Shown: positions 12,401-24,221 of the stretch, in pieces
Layout of the letters: every line of letters starts with the position of its first letter
Numbering within the stretch: position 1 is the stretch's first letter
NCBI GenBank assembly: GCA_964016885.1
Contig: OZ024751.1
Span: 21,886,001 to 21,950,000, forward strand
Source of the DNA: Eledone cirrhosa
Lineage: Eukaryota
Length of the DNA: 64,000 bases
Direction of reading: 5' to 3'
Notes under the pieces: model-generated
Database searches by the model: none
Seen by the model: the letters and a program-made list of their open reading frames with translations, nothing else
What the model was told of the DNA's origin: nothing
Made by a program: the position numbers and the translations under genes

Positions 12401-15400
12401 TATTTATCTTTATTTTACTAAATGTTTTGGTGGAGTCAGGTATCTCTATTGCTTTGTATGTCATGCAGTATTTTGACATTTGACATGTTGGATAACCATC
12501 TGGGCTATTATACAATGACCTAGATATTTGTAAGCTGTACATGTGATAATGATGGATGTCATGTTAGATCTATTATAAAAGATCAGGTTTTTATCTATTT
12601 GGTCTCTTTTTATCAGCCCATGTACTTACCTCATTTGTAACAATGGACTTACTATCTATGTATGTCTGTATAACATCTCTCAAGTTCATTAGTGGCAGAA
12701 TATTTATAACAGATTGCAACATCTGTGTGTGACAGACAGACGAAGAGGTTGTATAGTTTTTGTAATATAGATTATTTTCATGAAGTTTATATTAACATCA
12801 TGTGTCTTAGGAAGTGTATCTGGCTGTAAAACATTGCCTCAAAAATCCCATCCTACCCATGCCAGCATAGAAAAGTCAACATCACCACCACCTATATAAT
12901 CTTTTTGATACCAAACTGCTTGAAACCCCCCTGATTCTATGATACAAAGCTGTTTGTTTTAAAGTTTTATATTTATCTGAAAAATTTCCATCATTATTTT
13001 ATGTAAGAGCCTTTGTTAAGTTGTGCTCCAAACACCAGCTAAGTAGTAAGAAAGTCAGTTATATTAATAAATCTTTCTAAATTCTTGATTATTTAAAAAA
13101 AAAAAATGAAAATAATTTGAAAATCATAGGCAGTGTCTCGTTAAAAATATGGTTATGGAAGGGTTAAAGTTCCCACCTTTTATTTTGTTATTCGACAGTG
13201 CCAGCATATTTTATTTGGAAACAATCTCTTGTATCTTACATTTGATGATTTACTCTAATTTGTGTCATAGATCCTAGATGTAGTATGGAAAAAGCAGGGA
13301 CAATATTTGAAGTATGAAAAAATAACTCCTAAAGTATCTAAATCTATGGCACCCTTACGATTTCACTAGTAGTTATGGGTCTATACATATAAAGTGTCCA
13401 AATATAACTAGTGTTGAATTCAACTCTTTTGATAATCAAACTCACCTGAAACTACCCTCCCCAATCCTGGTTCTATGATACAAAACTTTGTTTTAACGTG
13501 CTTATATTTATGTAAAAACTTTCAATCATTATTTTATCTAAGAACCTTTGTTATGTTCTTAATACCAACTTGATAATGCTAAAGTTAGGTATATTACTAA
13601 ATCCCGCCAAATTCTTGATAAATTAAAGGGTTTGGGACCAGAAAGGGCATCTGGCTGTAAAACATTGCCTTGTAAAACATTGTGGATATGAAGCTTGTCA
13701 TGGGAGCCTTGCAACAGTGAAAATGACCTTTAAACACTTGTTGTATGTCTAATATTTATCAGCGCTTGTAGAAATAATATTCATATCTATTTGTTTCTTT
13801 TTGTTTCTTCTTAAGGAATGGAATATCAACACATTATCCTTTGAAGAAGATCCCGAGCCATTTGGAAAAGACCGTGATAATGCCATCTGTACTTTAGCCA
13901 GAGAGGCTGGGGTTGAGGTGATCATTAGAACCTGCCACACATTATATGAATCTCAAAAGTTAGTACTGTTTACATTTATTTCTTTACCATTCTTTACCCT
14001 TCTTTAATAAAATATATCAACACCTTAGGATCCTTCATCTGTGTTAAAGTCATAACGACCTCCAACCCCTAGTGCTGGTGTCATGATAGATTGCACTCGG
14101 TAGAACATGGGAAGTGAAATGGAGGTTCCCATCCTATCTGAGAACTCAGTAGCCCCGCTTGAGTATTGACTCGGTCTGTGAAGAGGACCCATCCAACCCT
14201 TGCCAGCAGAGAAACTAGCTGTTAAATGATGATGATGCTGATGACATCTGCCTTTGTTTTGTGCGTGTATACATATATCATCATCATCATCATCATCATC
14301 GTTTAACGTCCGTGTTCCACGCTTGCATGGGTTTGGACGGGAGTTTTCCCACTTGAGGCAAGAGTGGTTGTCTTGCTCGCATAGGGCTGTCTGGCGGGTT
14401 TTCTACAGCTGGATGCCCTTCCTAACACCAACCACATTTACAGCGTGGGATATATATATATATATTAAACTGAGAGAAAAATTGGGTATAAGAGGAATAA
14501 GATGTAGTGTGCAAGAGAGAAGACTGCATTTGTATGTATATATCATGTGTTTGGATGATGATTGACTACTGGATGAAGAAGTGAAAAGAAATCTCAGTGG
14601 AAGGAAACCGCAGTAGAGGAAGACCAAGGAATATCTGGGAAAAGGTTTTGCGAGCTGATTATAAATTGCTGAAGCTAACAAAGATGATGATGAAGGAATG
14701 CAATGAGTGCTTTCTTTCATTTTAATAAAGCTAAATTTATGTGTTTTTTTCTTTTTCCTTCTTTGCAGGATCCTTGATTTAAATGGTGGTCGACCACCTT
14801 TAACATACAACAAATTTCAGAAAATTCTAGAAAATATGAAAATGCCACCCAAACCATTAGATACTATTAGTATGAGTGATTGGGTAAATTGCCAAACACC
14901 TCTTTCTGGTGACCATGACGACAAATATGGTGTTCCAACATTAGAAGATCTTGGTAAGTTTTTCACATTATGTATTCTTTAATTCTATTCAAAATTATTT
15001 TCTTCCTACATTTCATACACTGCTGGAAAGCAAATGTTGAATGATGATGATGATGATATAACTACTTTAGAATAAACATTTCTAATGAAAGACACTGCTT
15101 ATGTATATCAATATTTTTTTTTTTTAAATATTCAAGAATTTGAAGAGATTAGCAATATAACTAACTTTGGCATTATTTAACTGGTGTTTGGAACATCATC
15201 ATTATTATCGTTTTTACGTCTGTTTTTCCATGTTCACATGGGTTGGACTGATCCTTTTTCAGCGCAGTATACTTGAGATCAACTCTCAAGACTTTACACA
15301 TTAAATTATATATATATATTTTTTTGTAGGTTTTGATACAGAAGGTCTTGATTTGGCACATTTTCATGGTGGAGAGTCAGAAGCACTAGCAAGACTAGAC

Positions 15401-18150
15401 AGACATTTAGAAAGAAAGGTAAGGTCATAAGATTTAGTAACACTACCATTGCTTTAGCAACTTATATTTTTCTGATTGATTGATTGAGTAACCTTTTGAT
15501 CAGTGATCTTCTAAAAGCTTTGTAGCTTCTTCACTGGGTTCCTTGACCAAAATTTCCCCCCATTTTTCTTTCTTGTCTATCTCCCTATTTCTTTGATCTC
15601 TCATTCTATCTTCTGATGAAGGACTAATGTCCAAAACGTTAAGGCTCTTTTCCTACTCTATCAAACATTAAACTAATATATATCATCATTGATTGTATTG
15701 TTCTCTCTTGTTTTTCTTTCTTTACTTTTCTTATATATTATGAATATATTAATATTTAAAATACTGCCTTGCTGGTAGGAATACTGGTATCTTAATATTA
15801 CCATATAAATTTTATTTTATTTTATTTTTGCAGGCATGGGTTGCTAGTTTTGAAAAACCCAAAATGACCCCTCAATCTATGTTTCCCAGTCACACTGCTC
15901 TCAGTCCTTATTTACGATTTAGTTGTCTTTCTCCGCGGTTATTTTATTGGAAACTCACAGAATTATACAGAAAAGTAAGTTGAACATTTTTTTATGTCTT
16001 TAGCTGGTCTGTTTCTGGTTCAGAATAAGTACACCATATCCCTGAATGTCGAAAGAAGCAACTAAAAGTGATGGTGTTAGGAAGGGCATCTGACTGTAAA
16101 ACGCTAACCACATTTACTGATTGGACTAGGTGCTTTTTCTCATGTCACCAACACGACCTCCTTATTGGGTGCTTTTTGTCATGTCACCAACATGACCACC
16201 TTACTGGGTGCTTTTTGTCCTGTCATCAACACTCCCATCTTACTGGGTGCTTTTTGTCGTGTCACCAACACTAACCACCTTACTGGGTGCTTTTTGTTGT
16301 GTCACCAACATGACCACTTTTCAGGGTGGACTAGGAGTCACCTATTCTAAACTGGATACATACACAGATGCCAATAAAATGCTGAATTATTTGAAATTTT
16401 CCGTTCTATATAAACATTGTATACAATTTTTTTGATGATTGTCTTTATTTTCTATTTTTAGATCAAAAAGAAAAATACACCACCTCTTTCACTTCATGGC
16501 CAACTTCTTTGGAGAGAATTTTTCTATACAGTTGCCTCAAACAACCCTAGATTTGATCAGATGTTGGGAAATCCGGTCTGTGTACAGATTCCTTGGGATA
16601 CAAATCAAGAAGCATTAGCTAAATGGGCAGAGGTGAGAATTAGTCAAAACATTTTTACCAGATTTATAAAGTAAAACCGTCTAGCATAATTTTATGTAAG
16701 AAGCTTGATAATGAAAAGTTAGTTATTTTACTAAATTCCTGCAAATTCCACCCAATTTTCTGGCCTTGTACCTAAATTAGGAACCATTATTATTATTATT
16801 ATTGGATTAACAGTATTGGTAGAGTGTTGGACAACATGCTTTGCAGCATATTGTTACAACCTAAATTCAAATCCCATTCTATTTTATAAACTATTTTATA
16901 GCATCTCCGCACATGAACACACCATTTATATTTTCGTTGTATTTTTTTTAATCAGGGTATGACAGGTTTTCCTTGGATTGATGCCATTATGAAACAGTTA
17001 CGGAAAGAAGGCTGGATTCATCACTTAGCACGGCATTCGGTAGCTTGTTTCCTAACCCGAGGAGATCTTTGGCTATCATGGGAAGAAGGCATGAAAGTAA
17101 GTAATGTGTTATGTATTTTCAATAGGTTTTCTTTCATTTTTTTTATATATAAAGCAGTTTGGTATCAAAAACATCACAGCCTATCAAATATGCAGCAAAA
17201 ACACATACATATAAACAAACATGTGAAGATATTGGTTGAGTCCAAGTTATATTAGAAAATACTTGTCCAAGATGACATGCCATGTAATGGAATAGAATCT
17301 GAACTGAAACTATGTGGTTACGAAGCAGACTCCTTAACTACACAGTCATATCTGCATCTTAATATGCCTTTTAAGTTTAAATGTTTTCATAGTTTTTATA
17401 TATGGTACTTTTTTACATACATACATACCATGTGTATCTGGTTTAGAATAGGTACTCCATATCCTACAATTTGTAGGTAGAGTGACTAAAGGGGTTAGTG
17501 CCTGGTAGAGCATCCAACTGTAAAACATTGCTTCAAACAGTCCTTTCCAATTCAAGCCAAGCCAACATCTAAAACTTGACTTATAAGAAGCGACTAAAAG
17601 GGTTACTGCTAGATAGGGCGTCTGGTGGTAAAACATTATCTCAAACATTATCTTAAAATGTCCCGTCCAAACCAAGCCAGCATAGAAAAGTCAACTTGTA
17701 AGAAGTGGCTGAAAGAGTTCTGATAGGGTATCCATCTTTAAAATATTGTCTCAAAAAGCCCCGTCCAAGCCAGGCCAGGCCAAACCAAGCCAAGCCAAGC
17801 CAGCATGGAAAAGTCGACATATAAACATTGAATGATGATTTATCTAATGATATATTGATTCTTTTTCAGGTATTTGATGAACTGCTATTAGATGCTGATT
17901 GGAGTGTTAATGCTGGAATGTGGATGTGGTTGTCATGTAGTTCTTTCTTTCAACAATTTTTCCATTGTTATTGTCCTGTTGGATTTGGCAAGAGAATAGA
18001 CCCTAATGGGGATTTTATCAGGTAATTAAACAATCTGATTGATTGAGAAAAGAGTTTCTTATCAGTCTGTCTTTAATTCTTCTTCCTCCTCACTAATTTT
18101 AGATATTTATTACTAAATTTAAGATATTTATTATATTTATTACATATACA

Positions 18151-18183
<33 letters not shown>

Positions 18184-21100
18184 GGTTGTGTGCCAGCATG
18201 GCCTCAGCCGGTTGGCTGAAACAGGTAAAAGTATACACACACATACCTTATGTGATGTGGTAGTGTTGGGGCTACAACAAAGAACACTGTCCACCCTGTA
18301 AGGTGGAAGTGTTGATGCCATGAAAAATGCTCACAGTTCATGCTGTAATGAGGATGGCATAAGGAAGGGCATCCATCCAAAGAAACCAAGTCAAAACTAG
18401 AACATATGAGCAGGATGTGGTCACCTGATCTGTCTGGATTCAGTTAAAACCATACTTTTTGCATTATACATGTATTCAAGGCATATATAGTTGCCTCGGT
18501 TTGTCTGGCTGACGAAATAGGCTCCAGTTTATTCCTCACTAATAATACTTGATATTAACTATTTATTTTGTGTTTGGTATGATATGTTCTTGTAATTTCT
18601 GATGGAGTCGTAGGGGTGTTGTAGTGGCATATGTCATTCTTGGGCATTTTAAACCTGGTAGAACCCATCCTTTAGGTTTGATCACAGCAGATTTCTTCCA
18701 GAGAAGGATTGCGAGTGAGAAAGAGACACAGAGGAAGTGTTTTGTGTTTATAAGATTCCTTAAATAGAATAAATACCATGAGTGAACACCTTATTTTTAT
18801 TTTAAAATGTTATTTGCTTATTAAAATTTGAAAATATTTAAATTTTTTTTCAGACACTACTTACCCATTTTGAAGCGTTTTCCAGCAAAATACATTTATG
18901 AACCCTGGAATGCTCCTGAAAATGTTCAAAAGACTGCTAAATGTATTATTGGCAAAGACTATCCTATACCAATGGTGACTCATTCAGAAGTAAGTCGAAT
19001 AAATATGGAACGGATGCGTCAAGTATATCACAGACTCACAATGAGAACGCCAGGTTAGTAACTAATTATTATATTTCATTTAAAGTTCATCTATATTATT
19101 CTCTACTTTTCATTATGCCGGCAGTAAGAGTAGTAATAGCCCAGAAATGTTTTTACCTGACAGTAACAACAAGTCCAGTGGTAATTGGGTCATTTCTTTT
19201 TTTGGTAACAACTTTTTGTATCTCAAAAAGAATGTGCAATTACTTCAGGCTATTTATATCCTTTAACTTAGCAGTTCAACAAATAGAGACCAAAAGTACT
19301 GGACTTAAATATAAGTACTGGGGTCAATTTGTTCGACTAAACCTTTCAAAATTGTTTCGCAACATGGCTTCTGTCTAATGACTGAACCATTAAAATTTTC
19401 TTTTAGAAAATTGCAGAATGTCATATGATTCCCTTTGCAGATGAAAGTTGGTTTCTTGGTGAAAACTGATTCATCAAAGACTTTGCTAACTAAAATTAAA
19501 GCTCAAGTTCTGACCTGCTTACTAGTGATTAGCATTCAGTTAATTTTATTCCTCATTTCACTCTGTATATCTCTTAATTGTCATCATTGTTAAAACATCC
19601 TTGTTCTCTTTGTTAAATTCTTACCTTCTTTTTTTCCTTTTTGTATTTGTAGCAATAATCTCCAAACCAATCCACTCCAGAGAAAATTTACCATATTCCA
19701 AAAGTGAGTACTGTTCAAATATGTAGTTATGATATTTTAAAAAACAATTTCGCAAACTTGAATCTTTAATAGACGCAAGTACTGTAGAGAAGTAAATTCT
19801 CAGGGAAGAATTGTATCAAAAATCATTCCGAGTTACCCAGCTACTACAATAGGACAGGTTTATGTTTCTATCTTGAATGCATCATTATTTTGTTTCTAAA
19901 ATATTCAGTTTTGATGGGTCTTGTGTCCCGATTGATCAGATCTATGGCATGTAGGGAGTCAGTAAAATAATTACATATTATCACTAACATTGACTCCCAA
20001 ACTTATTTTCTAGTATCATCATCATCATCATCGTTTAACGTCCATCTTCCACACTAGCATGGGTTTGGACGGGAATTTTCCCACTTGAGGCAAGATTGGT
20101 TGTCTTGCTAGTATACTAACCCTTATCAGAATCCAAACCTATATTTTACAAACAATTCCCACCATCCTAATTTTAATAAGGCATTAATTGAAATAAAAAA
20201 TTTTTTTTATAGAGATAATATATTTGTATAAAAAGAAATGTTAAAATTTTTATTTGTTTTTGAATTAAATATTAATAAAAGACATTTTAGCTAATAAGAG
20301 CAGAATGTTTCCATGAGATTGCCTTTGAGAAACCCTAATCTAGGGTTCTATTGATTCAGATATACACCTAGTTGAAGTATATAGGTCCAGGGAAGTTGTC
20401 ATGCTAAGGAGCAATCAATAGCTGTACTCTAAAATTGACTAGTGATGTGTTGGCTTGCAGTGTTACCTGTAATAGAACTATCTGTATTCTACCCAGGTGT
20501 CTGATTTATCTCTTATTGACTGCTTAATATTATGTTGACCAGAGATAAACACTGTTCTTTACGATTTGGAAAAGCATTAACTTCAATATTAAGAAGAAAA
20601 AACAAAAAACTATAAAAGAATATTTGCTAAAATAGTTATCAATCCTGACCCCTTTTGAAATCAGTAAATGGAGAGGAAATATTTTTGTCCATCTCACTGG
20701 TTTATTCTTCAAAATTCTTTAGGTAATCTTATCTAGTGCATTATATTTGTTTTCCCACTCTTGCATCGGTTGGACATAAAACTTATGACTGCCTCAACAA
20801 GGGCTCGTGCTTGGTATGGGACCCACAAGGCTATTCTTTCCTTACTTTATCAGGCAGAGAAAATGGCCTTAAAATGCTTGTGTATATATATATATATATA
20901 TATATATGTGTATGTATATTTGAAATAAGAATAGAGAGGTGGGAGTAGATATACAAAAGTAAAGTAAAACAAAGCAAAATTTATGAGTTGGAAATTTGAA
21001 GCGTTATTTTAAATTAGCCCATTAAAAATTAGAAAAATAAATGTTATTCTTATTTTTTCGTATGTTCTAAAATTCTTAACCCAATTTTTGTTTTAAAGTT

Positions 21101-23479
21101 CATCATAACTATCCAATGGTACAGCATAATGTATGTTCAAGACCAGTTCTTTTAAGTCAAAATTGAAAATACAGGAAAATTAGGAAAAAAAAAAAAACTA
21201 ACACAACACAATAACAACCCTCAACCCTCTGCAACTGAAAATTCAATTTAAAAAAAATCAGAATAAAAAAAAAATAAAAAATTATACCCAAAATAAGAAA
21301 TGGTAAGCTTTGAGTTTTGAGATATTTTTTGTTTATTATCATTTAATATTTACACCAAATTAATTTACGGAAAAAATATGTATAAAACGAAAAATATAAA
21401 TAAAAGCAGAAACTGTTATGCTTATATATATCACTATTTCACTATTATGTATGTAGAACTCCAGCTTAGATTATTACTATTATTATTATTTATCATCATC
21501 AGCATCAACAGCACTGCATTGTTGAATGTAAAATAAGTAGTCTGGTATCAAAAATGTTAACATAATTAAAAAATCTCTATATTTTTCTGATTTATCAGTT
21601 TCATATCTTGGGTGATTCATTTTTTAAGATTACTGAAACCTTGTGACCCAGTCTTGAAGGAAGCTACTAACCTATCTTACATACTCTTCTTTCTTTTCGA
21701 TTCCTACATTTGAAACATAGAAGATTGATTCTGTAAACAAACATTTCTAAATATCAATTTTTAGCTCCCGCTCTTCCTAACTTATTTGTTTCTCTTATTT
21801 ATTTCCCCCCAAACATTTCTTTCAAATTCCTACATTTAAAACATTACGATTTTTCATCTTAACCCTTACCCTAAACCTAAATATAACCCTAACTTTTACC
21901 TTAATTCTAACGCTTACCCTAATCCTAACCCCTATCCTAACCCTTACTCTAACCCTAACCTTATCTGTTACCCTAACATCAACTTTAAATGTAACCCTGA
22001 TCAACTTTAAACATAATCCTAACTCTAACTAATTCTTACTCTAAACTTAATCCCTATCCTAATTCTAATCCTATCCCTTACCCTAACCCTAATTGATATT
22101 AAAAAGTGAAAATCTTTTTTGCAGAATTGTAATGTCTTATGTTTCAAATGTTTCATCTCTTGGTTTTGTATGGCCATTATATCATTTATATTAATGGTAT
22201 GTTTCATTGTGTCATTTATGTCATTGAATTTTATTCAATCAGTATATTCCATGATCTCATTTGTGATGTATGTTACCAACCCACCTGAAACTGGCCCTGG
22301 TTCAATGAAGAAAAACTATTTGTTTTATTCCTCTAGTTGCCAACCCTGCCAAAATCGGCTCTGGTTCTATGAAATAAAATCACCCATTTTAAAAGTTTCC
22401 ATATTAAATTAAAATCTTCCAACTTGATTTTCTATAAGAACCTTACATTAACTTACTATCTTAGTAATGAAATCATTAATGATTTTAGTAAATCCTTTAA
22501 AATTCTTCATTAGTTAATTAAAATAAAGTGTGTTTCATTAGAAATACAGTCATGAAAGGGTTAAAATAAAGTAGCAGCAACGCACTGGGGTTGATATAAT
22601 CGACTTTTCCTTCATCATCATTTCATTTTACGTCCACTTTTTCCCTGCATGCAAGGGTAGGACGGGAACTGATTCTGGCTTGATTTCTCCAGCTGGATGC
22701 CCTTCCTAACACCAACCTCATTTACAGTGAGTGCTGGGTGCTTTTTTGCTGTGGCACCTCCACGACCACTTTGCAGTGGAATGATAGTGACCCCAGTCCC
22801 TATCATCTCATTTCTACAGCTGAGTAAACTGGAGCAATGTGAAATAAAGTGTCTTGCTCAAGGAAACAACACATCACTCGGTCTGAGAATTGAACTCACA
22901 ACCTTTCGATTGCAAGGCCAATGCTCTAACCACTAAGCCATGTGCCTCCTTCCCCCACAAAAATTGTTAGCTTTGTGACTAAATCAGAAACAATTATTTA
23001 TTTTGGGATTAGCTTTGCTTCTGATCCTTATGGGATCAATAAAATAAAGTACCAGTAATGCACTGGGGTTGATTTAATCAACTTTCCCTTCCTCCAAAAA
23101 TATTGTTGGCTTTGTGCCTAAATCAGAAATCACTATATATTGGGATTAGCTTTGCTTCTGATCCTTATGGGGTCAATAAAATAAAGTACCAGTAATGCAT
23201 TGGGGTTGACCCCCCCCCCCCCCCCCCCCCCCCGAAAAATGTTGGGCCCTGTGCCTGAATCAGAAACTGTTATTTTTTTGTGATGCCTCCTCTGCTGTTT
23301 TTGTGGGTTTTTTTTAAAGTTTTCTTTTTCTTGCCATACCTTATTTTTTATTTAATTCTTTTTTGTTTTCTTCCTTTCCAGTTTACCACAGAAATCCTAC
23401 AACCAATGGAATATTACTTATGGGATTAAATTGTAATTCTGCTGGAACAAATAGAAAAGAAGTCACTCAAGACATTTAA
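3270..23479 (+). CDS. cry2: Vertebrate-like (type II) cryptochrome, circadian repressor; 12 coding exons, ~549 aa
   Basis: Exons joined by GT-AG with consistent phase: 3270-3439, 11383-11491, 13816-13958, 14769-14953, 15330-15418, 15834-15974, 16462-16632, 16956-17096, 17870-18021, 18854-19053, 19653-19703, 23382-23479 (1650 nt including stop). Translation contains [78 protein letters not shown] and [18 protein letters not shown], characteristic of mammalian CRY1/2 and insect CRY2. The last two exons are less certain. Confidence 0.95.
4250..4445 (+). mobile_element. 3' fragment of a CRE-clade-like non-LTR retrotransposon
   Basis: GC-rich island encoding [41 protein letters not shown], resembling the REL endonuclease C-terminus. 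Confidence 0.6.
5518..5791. mobile_element. Degenerate hAT-like MITE
   Basis: Ends CATGGCTCCCCAA / TTGGGGATCCATT are approximate inverted repeats. Confidence 0.4.
6060..6402 (+). mobile_element. Two tandem tRNA-derived SINEs (family B)
   Basis: GAGTTCAAAT..GCCTTT(C)ATCCTTTCGGGGTTGATAAAATAAAGTAC..GGCCTTGTGCCTAAATCAGAAAC, a motif repeated many times in the window. Confidence 0.8.
10790..11012. repeat. Repeat-derived minisatellite (GGGTGGGCTGGGTGCTTTTTGT..GGCACC)
   Basis: Several ~45-50 bp imperfect units; related units at 16120-16330, 30060-30160 and 31700-31890. Confidence 0.75.
11383..11491 (+). CDS. cry2: Cryptochrome exon 2
   Basis: polyT-CAG acceptor; [36 protein letters not shown]; donor GTAAGT. 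Confidence 0.95.
13816..13958 (+). CDS. cry2: Cryptochrome exon 3
   Basis: [47 protein letters not shown]; donor GTTAGT. Confidence 0.93.
14769..14953 (+). CDS. cry2: Cryptochrome exon 4
   Basis: [18 protein letters not shown]...[14 protein letters not shown]; CAG acceptor, GTAAGT donor. Confidence 0.95.
15330..15418 (+). CDS. cry2: Cryptochrome exon 5
   Basis: [29 protein letters not shown]; TAG acceptor, GTAAGG donor. Confidence 0.95.
15834..15974 (+). CDS. cry2: Cryptochrome exon 6
   Basis: [47 protein letters not shown]; CAG acceptor, GTAAGT donor. Confidence 0.95.
16462..16632 (+). CDS. cry2: Cryptochrome exon 7
   Basis: [57 protein letters not shown]; GTGAG donor. Confidence 0.95.
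16956..17096 (+). CDS. cry2: Cryptochrome exon 8
   Basis: [47 protein letters not shown]; GTAAGT donor. Confidence 0.96.
17870..18021 (+). CDS. cry2: Cryptochrome exon 9
   Basis: [50 protein letters not shown]. Confidence 0.96.
18854..19053 (+). CDS. cry2: Cryptochrome exon 10 (includes CC helix)
   Basis: [58 protein letters not shown]; GTTAGT donor. Confidence 0.94.
19653..19703 (+). CDS. cry2: Cryptochrome putative exon 11 (C-terminal tail, 51 nt, phase 1-1)
   Basis: Long polypyrimidine tract plus TAG, open in frame ([17 protein letters not shown]), donor GTGAGT; no homology support. Confidence 0.65.
21855..22092. repeat. Degenerate (CCCTAA)n telomere-like hexamer array
   Basis: AACCCT/AATCCT/AACTCT hexamer periodicity. 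Confidence 0.75.
22612..22949 (-). mobile_element. Composite SINE (family A head plus family C tail)
   Basis: Reverse complement of 29875-30247. Confidence 0.8.
23382..23479 (+). CDS. cry2: Cryptochrome putative terminal coding exon
   Basis: Strong polypyrimidine tract plus CAG; phase-compatible; [31 protein letters not shown] then TAA at 23477-23479. Confidence 0.6.
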
Positions 23480-24101
23480 TTCTTTAACACAGACTTCCTC
23501 CTTATCTCCCCTTTCTCTCCGCCTCCTCTCTCTCTCTGTGAACACTTCAAATTTCCCACTCGCTCTCACTTTCCCCTCATCCACCAATTTTCTATCAAAG
23601 GCAACAACAACAACAACAATTGACATATTTTAATTATATCTTTGCATTTTGTTGTAAATATGTTGCCGAGGTAATATTGAAGGAGCTTTTTTTTTTTTTA
23701 GAAGGGTCAAATTATAGAAACAAACAAACAAACAAAAAAAGAAAAAAAGAAGAAAAATACCACCCAGAAATTTTTATATTTCTCTGAAATATAGAAATTT
23801 TTATTTTTCAAAATTTGTAATAATTAATTAATGTAACTATTAACTTAATACTTTTATGCTGTTATGCCCACACTGTTATATAATCTACATTCATCTTCTG
23901 GTGATATATCTATATATATGAATATATATATATACATATAAGTGTATGTGTGTGTGTATATATATGTATATATCGTCACACATACGTACATACACACACA
24001 TTACTATCATCATCATCACTGTTTTTAGTGCCATGATTGCAAGAGTTAGACAGGGTGTCACATTCTGAGTACTCTCTTTTCTCATTGTTTACCATTCAAG
24101 T

Positions 24102-24156
<55 letters not shown>

Positions 24157-24186
24157 TGGAACAATCATAATCCAAAGATATATCTA

Positions 24187-24221
<35 letters not shown>

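Noticed and set aside
3270-23479. (6-4) photolyase or Drosophila-type CRY1 assignment
   Set aside because: [19 protein letters not shown] and [15 protein letters not shown] match vertebrate-type CRY.
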